64,000 bases of DNA from Fimbriimonadales bacterium (GTDB taxonomy: Bacteria > Armatimonadota > Fimbriimonadia > Fimbriimonadales > ATM1), in assembly GCA_041744215.1 (NCBI GenBank), contig JBGTLG010000039.1, positions 1 to 64,000 on the forward strand, read 5' to 3'. Positions within the stretch are counted from its first letter, which is position 1. Every line of letters begins with the position of its first letter. A program made the position numbers and the translations under genes. Under the pieces are notes generated by a model that did no database searches, had not been told where the DNA came from, and saw nothing but the letters and a program-made list of their open reading frames with translations. Positions 51,141-61,515 of the stretch are shown here, in pieces.

Positions 51141-52132
51141 GCGAAGTCAAGGACGTCACGATAATAGGCGCAGGCCCCGTGGGCCTCTTCGGCGCATTCT
51201 ATGCTGGCATCAGGGGATTGTCCGTTCGGATCATTGACTCCTTACCGATTCCTGGCGGACAACTCACCGCGCTGTACCCTGAAAAGTATGTCTATGATAT
51301 GCCGGGCTTCCCTCAAGTTCTCGCCAAAGATCTTGCTCGTGAAATGATCGAACAGGCTTCCAGGTTTTCGCCGGAGTATGTGCTCGCGGCGCAAGCCGAA
51401 ACGCTAGAAAGAGTAAATGATGATTGGATCGTAGGCACCTGCAGTGGCGAGTTCCCGACGAAGACACTCATTATCTGTGCAGGGGTTGGCGCGTTCAACC
51501 CTACAAAGATTGGTGTCGACCGGGAGCAGGAGTTCGAAGGCAAGGGTCTCGCGTACGGGGTTAAGAGCAAGGAGGATCTGAGAGGAAAGCGCGTGGCGAT
51601 TATAGGAGGTGGGGACAGCGCACTCGACTGGGCTCTCGGTCTCGAAGGAATCGCATCAGAAGTTGTGCTCATTCATCGACGCGACGGATTTCGCGCCCAT
51701 GAAGAGAGCATTGAACATCTCCAAAGGAGTTCGGTAAAAACCCGAGTATGGGAGGTGGTGTGCGAAATTGTTGGGGGCGAGCGCGTGGAGGCGATTGTTA
51801 CAGAAAACAAGAAATCCGGAGAGAGGACTCGAATTGACTGCGACTTCGTAAGTGTGAACATTGGCTTCAAGAGCAACCTCGGCCCGCTGCTCACATGGGG
51901 CCTTGACCTAGAGAAGACAAAAATCAAGGTCAATGCACATATGGAAACTAACCTCCCCGGGGTTTACGCTGCGGGCGATGTGTGCAGCCACGAAGCAAAA
52001 CTCGAGTTGATTGCGACAGGTGTTGGTGAAGTCTGCACGGCAGTGAACTTTGCGAAGACGTTTCTCGATCCCAGTGCGAAGGCGTTCCCGGGCCACAGCA
52101 GCGACATGGACATACCATCCATACAAAAATGA
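51137..52132 (+). CDS. Ferredoxin--NADP+ reductase (TrxR-type, YumC-like)
   Basis: GGQLTALYPEKYVYD, GGGDSALDWA, C-terminal PGHSS; no CxxC. Confidence 0.9.
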   Translation: MSEVKDVTIIGAGPVGLFGAFYAGIRGLSVRIIDSLPIPGGQLTALYPEKYVYDMPGFPQVLAKDLAREMIEQASRFSPEYVLAAQAETLERVNDDWIVGTCSGEFPTKTLIICAGVGAFNPTKIGVDREQEFEGKGLAYGVKSKEDLRGKRVAIIGGGDSALDWALGLEGIASEVVLIHRRDGFRAHEESIEHLQRSSVKTRVWEVVCEIVGGERVEAIVTENKKSGERTRIDCDFVSVNIGFKSNLGPLLTWGLDLEKTKIKVNAHMETNLPGVYAAGDVCSHEAKLELIATGVGEVCTAVNFAKTFLDPSAKAFPGHSSDMDIPSIQK

Positions 52133-53181
52133 GAGTCGCGATTATTGGCGCTGGCGCGACAGGATGTGCAGCGGCACGGTTTCTCGCTAAATCCGGTAAT
52201 GACGTGGACATTTATGAACAGTTCTCACTTGGACACGAACACGGGAGTTCACATGGAACGTCTCGAATCGCAAGAAAGACATATCCCGATCCACTCTACG
52301 TTCGATTGATGACTGAAGCATTTCCGCTATGGTTTGAGTTGCAGGAGGAGGCCAGAGAGGAGTTGTACCGAGAGACGGGCTTCCTCATCTTCGGACTCCC
52401 GAATCACCCGTGGATGCGGGAAGCGAGGAAGAGCTTGCTTGAGAACCACGTCGCGTTTTGGGAGATGGGGTCAATCGATGCGGCAAGAAAGTTCGGGGGG
52501 ATACACCTCGAGCCTGATGAGGTTGCGATGTTTCAACCGGAAGCAGGCATTCTGCTAGCGGAACGAATCTTGGCCGCGCAACTCGACATCGCCAGAGAGC
52601 ACGGTGCGCGAGTGCTCGAGCGGACCCACGCGAGCATTGACAGCGAGGGACTCATTAACCAAGAAAGGTATGACGCAATCGCGATCTGTTCTGGCGCTTG
52701 GATCAATCAGTTTCTCCCGCTAGGGCTCAAGTCCCACCTTCAGACGTTTGCCTACTTTAGCGCTCCGATCGGAGAAGCCCCGGCCTGGGTAGAGGCGTCA
52801 GACGATTTGTTCTATGGATTTCCAAACTATGGGCGCGGATTCAAAATTGGCCGGCACCGGTACGGCCCGGAAATCGACCCGGACGGCCCGCGCCCAATTG
52901 ATGATCAGGCGGCTTTCGATATCTCCGAGTGCGCCCGGATGCGCCTCGGAGCCCGGACGCCTGCAAGCGAGATTTTTTCCTGTATCTATACTGTCGAACC
53001 CAATGAGGATTTTAGGATTGGGAGGCTCAACTCGCCAACACCGACATACTTCGTTAGCGCTTGTTCGGGCCACGGATTCAAATTCACAATTTGGTTTGGG
53101 AAGCTCATTTGTGACATGATTGAAGGGCGCAAACAACCAGAGGAGTACCCAAGATTCAATGTTGACCTACCACAACTTTAG
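52129..53181 (+). CDS. Monomeric sarcosine oxidase/N-methyltryptophan oxidase family
   Basis: GSSHGTSRI, CIYT, CSGHGFKF. Confidence 0.88.
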   Translation: MRVAIIGAGATGCAAARFLAKSGNDVDIYEQFSLGHEHGSSHGTSRIARKTYPDPLYVRLMTEAFPLWFELQEEAREELYRETGFLIFGLPNHPWMREARKSLLENHVAFWEMGSIDAARKFGGIHLEPDEVAMFQPEAGILLAERILAAQLDIAREHGARVLERTHASIDSEGLINQERYDAIAICSGAWINQFLPLGLKSHLQTFAYFSAPIGEAPAWVEASDDLFYGFPNYGRGFKIGRHRYGPEIDPDGPRPIDDQAAFDISECARMRLGARTPASEIFSCIYTVEPNEDFRIGRLNSPTPTYFVSACSGHGFKFTIWFGKLICDMIEGRKQPEEYPRFNVDLPQL

Positions 53182-54697
53182 CCGTTCTCTCGCTACATTA
53201 GCACTAGCGGCACTCGCCCCGCTTGCGCTAGCAGACGATCTCACGAACCTGCTCCAGCGGGCACGTTCAGCCGCAGGCACAGAGGCATTTGAGAAACTCG
53301 CACTCATGGTCGAAGCAAAAGGTAAAGCTAAAGCGCTCGGCGTTGATGGTGACTACACGCTTCTATTCACGAACAAAGGCGAGTTCCTTGAAACGTTCGT
53401 CAGTCCGCTCAGCAACTCTTCTGGATACGACGGCAAGACTGGGTGGTCGACGGATTGGAGCGGCGCCACGCGGGTACTCGAACTTGAAGATCTTGAAGTT
53501 CAACGAACAATCATTGCTCTCGTTACCGGGCAATGGCTAACCGAACGCTCTCCACTCTCACTTTCGCTCGCAGAACCCACGGGAGATGCATTTCGACTGA
53601 CTGCCAAGTATCTTGGTGGCGAGTTGGTCGCTACAATCACAATTGATAAGCAGACCTATCTGATCACCGAGTTCTCACGCAAGTCGTCTGCGGGCGATGA
53701 TGTTTGGAAGTTTTCCGACCACTCAGTTGACTTCGGATTGTCGATCCCCCGTAAGATTAGCAACACAAACGGCGGCCAAACCAACACGTTTACACTGCTC
53801 GAAGTTGGCCGCGCTCCGACATTCGTTCGAAACCCCTTCGAGATGGTCGCCGGACCGGTGCCGAATACAACTTTTCGATCCGAGGTTGATGGGAAAGTTG
53901 AATCTCGCCGAGCAGTTTCGGGCCATGTGCTCATCAAGCCGACGATCAATGGCAAAGACATCGGATGGTTCATTCTGGACTCAGGCGCAGGCGCCCTTTG
54001 CATCGATTCGAAAGTGGCAGATCGCGAAGGATTTGGCAAGGTTGGTGAGATTCCGGCCGTGGGCATCGGCGGCGTCGTCTTGTCGCCTATGCGAATGGCG
54101 GAGTCTATAACAGTTGGCCAGGTGACGTGGACAAAGCCGGTGTTTGTACAGTTAGACTTGGAACAAATCGGACGAATGTTTGGCATCGAGTTGGCTGGAA
54201 TCGTCGGCTACGATCTTATGGCCCGAGCAATCGTTGAGATGGATACGCAGCAAAATCATGTTGCGGTTTTTGATCCCAAGTCGTACACTTTATCGGGCGC
54301 CGCATGGTCTACGCTGCACCTCGATGGCAAGCACCCAGTGGTCGAAGCTCGGTTCGAGGGCAACCGCAAAGGACTGTTTCGCCTAGATACTGGCGCGAAC
54401 AACACTTTGACGTTTCATACCGTTTGGGTCGAACGATATGACTTGCTCAAAGATCGACAAACGATGAACACTGCATTGGGCGGCGTCGGCGGGATGATGC
54501 CTGCTAAGCAGGGTCGTATCGAATGGTTCGAACTCGCAGGCGAGCGATTTGAGAACCCTTCGGTGACCTTTTCTCAGGCAGAGAGTGGTCCGCTTGCAGA
54601 GGGTTACACGATCGGCAACATCGGCCAAGGCTTCTTGCGCCCGTTTAAGTTGGTGTTCGATTATCAGAGCCGGCGTATGGCATTCGTGAAACGATAA
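53159..54697 (+). CDS. Secreted two-domain retropepsin-like aspartyl protease
   Basis: LDSGA...GIVG and LDTGA...GNIG; signal peptide. Confidence 0.85.
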   Translation: MLTYHNFSRSLATLALAALAPLALADDLTNLLQRARSAAGTEAFEKLALMVEAKGKAKALGVDGDYTLLFTNKGEFLETFVSPLSNSSGYDGKTGWSTDWSGATRVLELEDLEVQRTIIALVTGQWLTERSPLSLSLAEPTGDAFRLTAKYLGGELVATITIDKQTYLITEFSRKSSAGDDVWKFSDHSVDFGLSIPRKISNTNGGQTNTFTLLEVGRAPTFVRNPFEMVAGPVPNTTFRSEVDGKVESRRAVSGHVLIKPTINGKDIGWFILDSGAGALCIDSKVADREGFGKVGEIPAVGIGGVVLSPMRMAESITVGQVTWTKPVFVQLDLEQIGRMFGIELAGIVGYDLMARAIVEMDTQQNHVAVFDPKSYTLSGAAWSTLHLDGKHPVVEARFEGNRKGLFRLDTGANNTLTFHTVWVERYDLLKDRQTMNTALGGVGGMMPAKQGRIEWFELAGERFENPSVTFSQAESGPLAEGYTIGNIGQGFLRPFKLVFDYQSRRMAFVKR

Positions 54698-54718
54698 TCA
54701 GCGAGCATTGGCGGTGCG

Positions 54719-55198
54719 TTAGACTTCGAACCAAGGTCCGAGTTGCATATCCTCCTCGCAAATCTTCCTTTCCGCTTCGTCTTCGATCTTTTTGATCGCT
54801 TCGAGCGCGAGCGACTTATGCTTCCTCGCCTCAACTTCGTTGCCGATAGCGCCGAAGGCGCGTGCTATGGCAGCCTCCGCAAAGGCTGTGTCCCAACCTT
54901 CGGCTTCCGCTTCGCCGCAGAGGTCCCGATACTTCTTTGCATAGTGAAGGGCAAGCATCGGCTCGTTGTCTGCTTTCGTGAGCGCTCGCGAGATCGTCCC
55001 GTAGGCCCGACCGCGATTGATTGGCTTGCCGATCGCACTCCAGTGAAACAGCGACGCGAACGCCGCGGAAATCATTTCTTCCTCTTTGTCGATACTCAGC
55101 TTTTCCGGTTTGGAGATGAAGTCCCAGGCGAGGTTGTTGGTCTCGACCGCGAAGTAACGGTGGTTCACTAGCAGCAGGGCATCTGTGTTCAGGGGCAC
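54719..55198 (-). CDS. Helical conserved hypothetical protein
   Basis: HRYFAVETNNLAW, ASLFHW, AIARA; start uncertain (55198 or 55168). Confidence 0.7.
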   Translation of the reverse strand: MPLNTDALLLVNHRYFAVETNNLAWDFISKPEKLSIDKEEEMISAAFASLFHWSAIGKPINRGRAYGTISRALTKADNEPMLALHYAKKYRDLCGEAEAEGWDTAFAEAAIARAFGAIGNEVEARKHKSLALEAIKKIEDEAERKICEEDMQLGPWFEV

Positions 55199-55256
55199 AG
55201 GGCAGTTTGGCCGATTGGGTACGAAACTGGCAAGCCGGGCGTCATAATGATCCTGT

Positions 55257-57086
55257 ATGTGTGGCATCGCCGGATACATCGGCCCGAGGGAGGCCGTAAC
55301 AATAGTCTTTGATCAGATCACCCGACTGGAGTACCGTGGATACGACAGCGCTGGCGTTGCCTACGGCACCGAGACCGGCATCGGCGTTCTGAAAAAGGCA
55401 GGGAAGCTGAACAATCTTGGTCAATTGATCGAAAACGAAAGGCCGGTTGCTCACATTGCAATGGCGCACAGCCGCTGGGCAACCCATGGCGGGCCAACAG
55501 ATGAAAACGCCCACCCTCACTATGACCAGTCCGGCAAGATAGCGGTGATTCACAACGGAATCATTGAGAACTACTACGAGCTTGGTGAGGCACTCAAGCT
55601 GAAGGGTCATCGATTTGAGAGCCAAACGGATACTGAAGTCGCCGCGCATGTCATCGGCGAAGAGTACGCAGTAACGGGACTGTTCGTAGAAGCCGTGAGG
55701 CGCGCAGTTCGCCGATTGCGCGGCGCGTTTGCGATGGTAGTCATGTGCATTGACGAACCGGATAAAATCGTCACCGTCCGAAACGCAAGCCCGCTTGTCT
55801 TAGGAGTTGGACAGGGGGAAAACTTTCTCGCAAGCGACATACCGGCCCTGCTTCCGTACACGCGAGACGTAATCGTGATGGACGAAGGCGACCTCGCAGT
55901 GCTAACCCGTGAGGAAATCTACCTCGAAGATGCTGAAGGTAAACCGAAACTCCCAAAGCGGGTTCACATTGACTGGAACATCGAAGCTGCAGAGAAAGGT
56001 GGTTATGAGCACTTCATGATCAAGGAGATCATGGAGCAGCCTCATTCGATCCGCCAGTGCCTAGCGGGTCGGCTGCTAAAAGACGAGACAGTTGCCCTCC
56101 CCGACACGTTCTCCACAGATGAATGGAGGCGATTCGAGCGGGTGATTGTGCTGGCCTGTGGAACTGCGTACCACGCGGGACTTCTAGGTAAGCAAGTTTT
56201 TGAAAGCCTCCTCAGAATGCCTGTGGAGGTTAATTTTGCGAGCGAGTTTAGATACAACAATCCAATTCTTCGGCCAAGTGATTTGGTCATCGTAATCAGC
56301 CAGAGCGGTGAGACTGCGGACACCCTGGCCGCACTAAGGGTTGCGAAAGAGGGCGGAGCAAAGTCGCTTGGGGTAGTGAACGTCGTCGGCAGCAACATTG
56401 CCCGAGAATGCGACGCGGTGCTTTACACTCAGGCTGGGCCAGAAATCTCCGTGGCGAGCACCAAGGCATACACGGCCCAGGCAGCGCTCCTGACGCTGAT
56501 CGCGCTCCATATGGCGCAGCACAGAGCGCCGGACAAAGAGAAGTACCAGCGACTAATCACAGAGCTTGAGCGGCTTCCTGAACACATTGAGGTCTGCCTT
56601 CGAGCAGACGAAGAGGTGATCAGGGTTGCCGAAAGCATTCGCAATACACCTCTCATCTTTTTCCTTGGCCGAGGTGCAGACGCGGCAGTTGCGATGGAGG
56701 GTGCGCTCAAGATGAAGGAGATCGCGTACATACCCACGCAAGAATCACCAGCGGGAGAGATGAAACACGGACCGCTGGCACTAGTTACCGAAGGAGTCGT
56801 CGCAGTCTTCGGGGTAACAAACCCGCCAACGCGAGAGAAAGTGATTAGCAACATTAAGGAAGTGAAGGCGCGCAGTGGGACCGTGGTCGCGGTCGTAATG
56901 GAAAGTGACACAGTTACGCCAGCGGAGTCCGACTTCCTGCTACGCATTCCTCACATTGACTCTAACGTGATCGCAGCCATCACTTCCGTGGTCCCCCTAC
57001 AGTTGCTCGCTTATCATGTGGCCAGGCTCCGAGGATGCGATATTGACCAGCCTCGAAACCTGGCGAAGTCAGTTACAGTCGAATAG
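55257..57086 (+). CDS. glmS: Glutamine--fructose-6-phosphate transaminase
   Basis: MCGI, HSRWATHG, SQSGETADT, PRNLAKSVTVE. Confidence 0.98.
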   Translation: MCGIAGYIGPREAVTIVFDQITRLEYRGYDSAGVAYGTETGIGVLKKAGKLNNLGQLIENERPVAHIAMAHSRWATHGGPTDENAHPHYDQSGKIAVIHNGIIENYYELGEALKLKGHRFESQTDTEVAAHVIGEEYAVTGLFVEAVRRAVRRLRGAFAMVVMCIDEPDKIVTVRNASPLVLGVGQGENFLASDIPALLPYTRDVIVMDEGDLAVLTREEIYLEDAEGKPKLPKRVHIDWNIEAAEKGGYEHFMIKEIMEQPHSIRQCLAGRLLKDETVALPDTFSTDEWRRFERVIVLACGTAYHAGLLGKQVFESLLRMPVEVNFASEFRYNNPILRPSDLVIVISQSGETADTLAALRVAKEGGAKSLGVVNVVGSNIARECDAVLYTQAGPEISVASTKAYTAQAALLTLIALHMAQHRAPDKEKYQRLITELERLPEHIEVCLRADEEVIRVAESIRNTPLIFFLGRGADAAVAMEGALKMKEIAYIPTQESPAGEMKHGPLALVTEGVVAVFGVTNPPTREKVISNIKEVKARSGTVVAVVMESDTVTPAESDFLLRIPHIDSNVIAAITSVVPLQLLAYHVARLRGCDIDQPRNLAKSVTVE

Positions 57087-57089
57087 CCA

Positions 57090-57839
57090 TCAGTCGAACT
57101 TCTCAAGTTTTGGCTCCCGTAGCTTTACAGGGGCGCTTGCCTTCTTCTTAAGCCGAAGATTGAGCATCTCTACGACGATCGCGAACGCCATTGCAAAGTA
57201 AGTGTATCCCTTTGGGACGTGTACGCCAGTGCCTTCAGCGACAAGGTTCGCCCCAATGAGAACGAGAAATGAAAGAGCTAGCATCTTGACCGTAGGATGA
57301 GACTCGACAAAGTCGGCGACTGGCCGCGCATAGATCATCATTAGTGCGATGGAAATCACTACCGCTGCGATCATCACCCCAAGCATGTTTGACATTCCGA
57401 TCGCGGTCAGCACCGAGTCGAGCGAGAACACGAGATCGAGAAGCGCGATTTGAACTATTACTGAAGTGAACGTCACTTTCTTTGGTGCTTCGCCGTGCAC
57501 TTCGACTCCTTCGAGCTTGTCGTGGATCTCTCGAACGCTCTTCCAAATAAGGAACAAGCCTCCAAGCACAAGAATGACGTCGCGACCCGTAACAGGCTCG
57601 TTGAAAATCACAAACAGCGTCGAAGTCAATCCAAGTATCCAAGTTATCGATAAGAGCAACAGCACGCGCATCACCAAAGCCGTTGTAAGGCCGATACGAA
57701 ACGCAAGCCCCCGCTGCTGCTTCGGCAGCTTGCCGGCAAGAATCGAGATGAAAACAATGTTATCGATTCCTAATACGATCTCAATGAGCGTCAAAGATAA
57801 GAGGCCGATCCAAACTTCCGGATTTGAAACCCAGTCCAT
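57090..57839 (-). CDS. TerC family membrane protein
   Basis: EIVLGIDNIVFI, DLVFSLDSV, PKGYTYFAM. Confidence 0.93.
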   Translation of the reverse strand: MDWVSNPEVWIGLLSLTLIEIVLGIDNIVFISILAGKLPKQQRGLAFRIGLTTALVMRVLLLLSITWILGLTSTLFVIFNEPVTGRDVILVLGGLFLIWKSVREIHDKLEGVEVHGEAPKKVTFTSVIVQIALLDLVFSLDSVLTAIGMSNMLGVMIAAVVISIALMMIYARPVADFVESHPTVKMLALSFLVLIGANLVAEGTGVHVPKGYTYFAMAFAIVVEMLNLRLKKKASAPVKLREPKLEKFD

Positions 57840-57926
57840 TGCCGGATTGTACCGTTCGCTTTGCGGGGTCGAAAGTCCTGATCCTCGCCGCTGATCCGAC
57901 TTTTCGACGCCGTTTGGCGGATAACG

Positions 57927-58493
57927 TTGATGGCACCTCTAACTGAAGAGCGGCCGCAAACAGGAGGCTTATCAATGTTGATCATCGGAGACGTCTTGGC
58001 TTTTCTTGCAGGAATCACTCTGCTTGCCGCTTCTTCTTGGGCGCTCACTATGTGCACTTCGCTCATGTTTCCTGGCCGAACAGAGAGAGCCCGCGATCTT
58101 CTGTTCGCTAAGCCATGGCAAACACTTCTGGTTGGAATCCTACTGCTGGCGCTGCCAGGGACGGTTTCAGTTTCCCTCCTAGCGCAGCCTTTGCCTGGAT
58201 TGAAGCTGCTTGGTTGGATTGGGCTGATGTTACTCCTTGCGATGGCTGCCGTTGGCTCAGGGGGCTTGGCCACGCTCGTCTCCGCTCGTATCCGAGCGCT
58301 GGCACCCGAGCTGACGCTATTGGCTGCAACGGGCCGCGCTTCCGCAATCATCGTGACAGCGGCGCTCTTCCCAGTCCTGGGCTGGTTCGTTTTTACTCCC
58401 CTCACGCTGTTGTTTTCACTAGGGGCAGGTTTTCGTGCGATCGTTGAGCGCGATCGTATACGGGCAAGCCTAGCTGGCACACTGGAAAAGTGA
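57927..58493 (+). CDS. Hypothetical membrane protein
   Basis: Several TMs; overlaps the DUF1800 start. Confidence 0.7.
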   Translation: MMAPLTEERPQTGGLSMLIIGDVLAFLAGITLLAASSWALTMCTSLMFPGRTERARDLLFAKPWQTLLVGILLLALPGTVSVSLLAQPLPGLKLLGWIGLMLLLAMAAVGSGGLATLVSARIRALAPELTLLAATGRASAIIVTAALFPVLGWFVFTPLTLLFSLGAGFRAIVERDRIRASLAGTLEK

Positions 58494-59890
58494 GCGATAC
58501 AAGCAGCCGACGCGAGTTTCTGTCAATCATGGCGGGCTCTGCCGGCATGCTGGCTGGCTGCCGCCTTTTGCAGTTTCAAGAGGGCGAGTCGCTGCCTGAG
58601 TCGGTTTCGCTGCCGACTCAACGCGTCGAAGCCCACGTCCGCCTTCTGAATCGAGCCACTTTCGGCCCGAGACCAGGAGACATCGGGCGGGTGGATGCAC
58701 TCGGGAGAAAGGACTACGTCGACGCGCTACTAAGAGCAGACGGAAGTGAGTCTCTTGGCCTGATCTCCCGATTACATCGTATCGATGTCTTGCGGATGGA
58801 CGGATCGGAACTCATGGACCTGCCAAGGGAGGAGATCATACGGCAGTTGCAGCAAGCCGCACTTCTTCGCGCAACTTTTGGCAGAAATCAACTTCTCGAG
58901 CGACTGGTGGAATTCTGGTCAAATCACTTCAACATCTACGCTCGTAAGAGCGAAGGAATGTATCTGTTGCCTGCAGACACTGAGCGAGTCATACGGTCTA
59001 ATGCGCTGGGCAGGTTTGGTGATCTGCTTGCTGCGTCAGCAAAGAGCCCGGCTATGCTCTTGTACCTCGACAACCAAGTGAATCGAAAGGGCGTACCGAA
59101 CGAGAACTATGCACGAGAACTGTTGGAACTGCACACGATGGGTGTTGACGGCGGATATTCGCAGACTGACGTACAGGAAGTCGCGCGGTGCCTGACCGGA
59201 TGGACGATCGAATCTCGGTTCTTGAGACCCCGAGGCAAGTTCCGCTTCGACAGCTCAATGCACGACGAGGGCGAAAAACTTGTGCTTGGCACTCGGATTC
59301 CTCCCGGCGGTGGGATTTCCGATGGGGAGCGTGTGCTTCGAATACTGGCCAGCCATCCATCGACGGCTAGTTTCATTTCTCGGAAGTTGTGCCGTTACTT
59401 TCTCGGACACGAACCACCGGAGTGGGTCGAACAGACCAAGGCAACTTATCTAAGAACGAACGGAGACCTTCGAGCTATGTTGCGACCGATTCTCCTCGCG
59501 GACGCGCTCACCGAGGCGCCTGCGATTGTCAAGAGACCTTTCGACTTCGTTGTTTCATCGCTGCGCGCTTTAGACGCGGTGACGGATGCGAGCCTGCCTC
59601 TCCAAAGTTACCTGACGTCAATGGGGCAACCGTTGTATCAGTGGCCAATGCCTGATGGATATCCTGATGCAACAGCGTCGTGGACTGGCTCGCTGCTTTC
59701 GAGATGGAAGTTTGCGACGGATTTGGTGGGAGATCGCATCAGCGGCACTACTGTGTCCCTGAAGCGACTCAAGGAGCGAGGTGCCGACTGGTCCGAACTG
59801 ATTGCCAAGCCAAACAGTCCTTTGAAGTTGGGTGTTGATGATGAAAGGGTCGCCCTGCTCCTTTGTTCTCCTGAGTTTCAATGGCGGTGA
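58490..59890 (+). CDS. DUF1800 family protein (Tat signal)
   Basis: SRREFL, FWSNHF, PAMLLYLD, NENYARELLELHTMG. Confidence 0.9.
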   Translation: MSDTSSRREFLSIMAGSAGMLAGCRLLQFQEGESLPESVSLPTQRVEAHVRLLNRATFGPRPGDIGRVDALGRKDYVDALLRADGSESLGLISRLHRIDVLRMDGSELMDLPREEIIRQLQQAALLRATFGRNQLLERLVEFWSNHFNIYARKSEGMYLLPADTERVIRSNALGRFGDLLAASAKSPAMLLYLDNQVNRKGVPNENYARELLELHTMGVDGGYSQTDVQEVARCLTGWTIESRFLRPRGKFRFDSSMHDEGEKLVLGTRIPPGGGISDGERVLRILASHPSTASFISRKLCRYFLGHEPPEWVEQTKATYLRTNGDLRAMLRPILLADALTEAPAIVKRPFDFVVSSLRALDAVTDASLPLQSYLTSMGQPLYQWPMPDGYPDATASWTGSLLSRWKFATDLVGDRISGTTVSLKRLKERGADWSELIAKPNSPLKLGVDDERVALLLCSPEFQWR

Positions 59891-61182
59891 CGAAAATGAT
59901 AAACCACTGGATGACTTGTGACGGGGACTCACGTGAGTACGCGCTTCGATCGCCGGAAACCTCACCCCTCTCGCGGCGAAATCTGCTGACTGCCGCGCTT
60001 TTGTCCAGTGTGTGGTGGACAAAACGACCTGCGACAGGGATTACTGAGTTAGCAGTATCGTCAAACGGACGACACGACAACGTGTTAGTCGTGGTCTTCT
60101 TGCGCGGCGGTGCCGACGGGCTGAATGTCGTAGTCCCGTATCTCGAAGATTCGTACCATCGCGAACGTCCGACACTTCGAATCAGAAACCCCCTCGATCT
60201 TGACGGGTTCTTTGGATTTCATCCCGCGATGGCTGCATTGCTGCCTCACTATCGCGACGGTGAACTGGCGGTCCTCCACGCAGTGGGGTCGGGAGACACG
60301 ACGCGATCCCACTTTGAAGCTATGTCAGCTATGGAACGCGGCCTAAAGGCTGAGGGCCCGGGCGATACGAGCGGCTGGATTGCCAGGCACCTCAATGCAA
60401 CTCGACCACCCGCAGCGTCTCCGCTGCGAGCAGTTTCGATCAGCTCAATAGTGCCCGACAGTCTTCGTGGAGCAACATCAGCCGTCGCCATGACATCTAT
60501 CGCCGAGTATCGACTCGAACCTCCGTTCGATAAGAGCCTCGTCCTACGTGGCCTCGAGCGCCTTTATGAACATGGTCGTGATGAGATCTCGCAAGCTGGC
60601 CGCGAATCGCTCACAGTCTTGAAAGAGATTGAGCAACTAGATCCTGCAAAGTATTCTCCCGATTCAAAGCATCCGTATCCCCAAAGCGAACTCGGGGAAT
60701 CACTCAAGCAAATCGCTATGCTGATAAAAGCGGATGTCGGCTTAGAAGTCGCTTGTGTAGACCGCGGAGGATGGGACACCCACGTCGCGCAAGGGGCTGA
60801 GTCTGGGTGGTTGGCGGGAAACCTCGCTGATGTATCTGCTGCACTAAGTACGTTCGCAGGTGATCTCAACAAGGAAATGGAGCGCGTCACCGTTGTGGTT
60901 ATGACAGAGTTCGGGCGCCGTGTCTATGAAAACACAGGTCTAGGTACCGATCACGGACGTGCAAGCTTTATGTTGCTCATGGGCGGCGGTGTACGCGGCG
61001 GGCGCGTGTACGCCGATTGGCCAGGCATTGATCGCGACAACCTCGAAGGCCCCGGCGACCTCCGAGTCACGACCGACTACCGTAGCGTTCTTTCGGAGGT
61101 GCTTGAGAGGCGCCTGATGAACACGGCAACTACCGAAGTTTTCAAGGGGCTAAGCAGACCCAGAATTGGCGTTTTTGCTTAG
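59881..61182 (+). CDS. DUF1501 family protein
   Basis: SRRNLL, LRGGADGL, RSHF, GGWDTH, EFGR, GTDHG. Confidence 0.9.
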   Translation: MAVTKMINHWMTCDGDSREYALRSPETSPLSRRNLLTAALLSSVWWTKRPATGITELAVSSNGRHDNVLVVVFLRGGADGLNVVVPYLEDSYHRERPTLRIRNPLDLDGFFGFHPAMAALLPHYRDGELAVLHAVGSGDTTRSHFEAMSAMERGLKAEGPGDTSGWIARHLNATRPPAASPLRAVSISSIVPDSLRGATSAVAMTSIAEYRLEPPFDKSLVLRGLERLYEHGRDEISQAGRESLTVLKEIEQLDPAKYSPDSKHPYPQSELGESLKQIAMLIKADVGLEVACVDRGGWDTHVAQGAESGWLAGNLADVSAALSTFAGDLNKEMERVTVVVMTEFGRRVYENTGLGTDHGRASFMLLMGGGVRGGRVYADWPGIDRDNLEGPGDLRVTTDYRSVLSEVLERRLMNTATTEVFKGLSRPRIGVFA

Positions 61183-61508
61183 GTTCGCCTTTTCGTCCTT
61201 GCTACCGCTAGAGCTTTCTTGATCCAGCCTTCCAGCTCAGGCGGGCTATTCAGTACGCTGTCCGGTACCTCCCAATAGTGCATGGGTGTTGAAGAGTCAT
61301 AAGGGTGGAACGGACTCATCCCGTAATCTTCGAAGTCTGGTCGGTTGGAGTCGTCGACCTTAAAGTACAATTTATCCTCCGCTATGAGTGCGAAGAACAA
61401 GTCGCTTGAGTAGATCCCAACTCCTCCAAACATTGCTTTCGTCCGAATCGGCACTATCTCCGATAACTTCTCTTCTATCAATTCCCGGTACTCAGCTGTA
61501 AAACCCAT
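61179..61508 (-). CDS. TfoX/Sxy N-terminal domain protein
   Basis: KAMFGGVGIY, LYFKVD, YWEVP. Confidence 0.88.
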   Translation of the reverse strand: MGFTAEYRELIEEKLSEIVPIRTKAMFGGVGIYSSDLFFALIAEDKLYFKVDDSNRPDFEDYGMSPFHPYDSSTPMHYWEVPDSVLNSPPELEGWIKKALAVARTKRRT

Positions 61509-61515
61509 AGCGATG

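Noticed and set aside
55199-55256. glmS ribozyme
   Set aside because: No room or consensus; the gene appears leaderless
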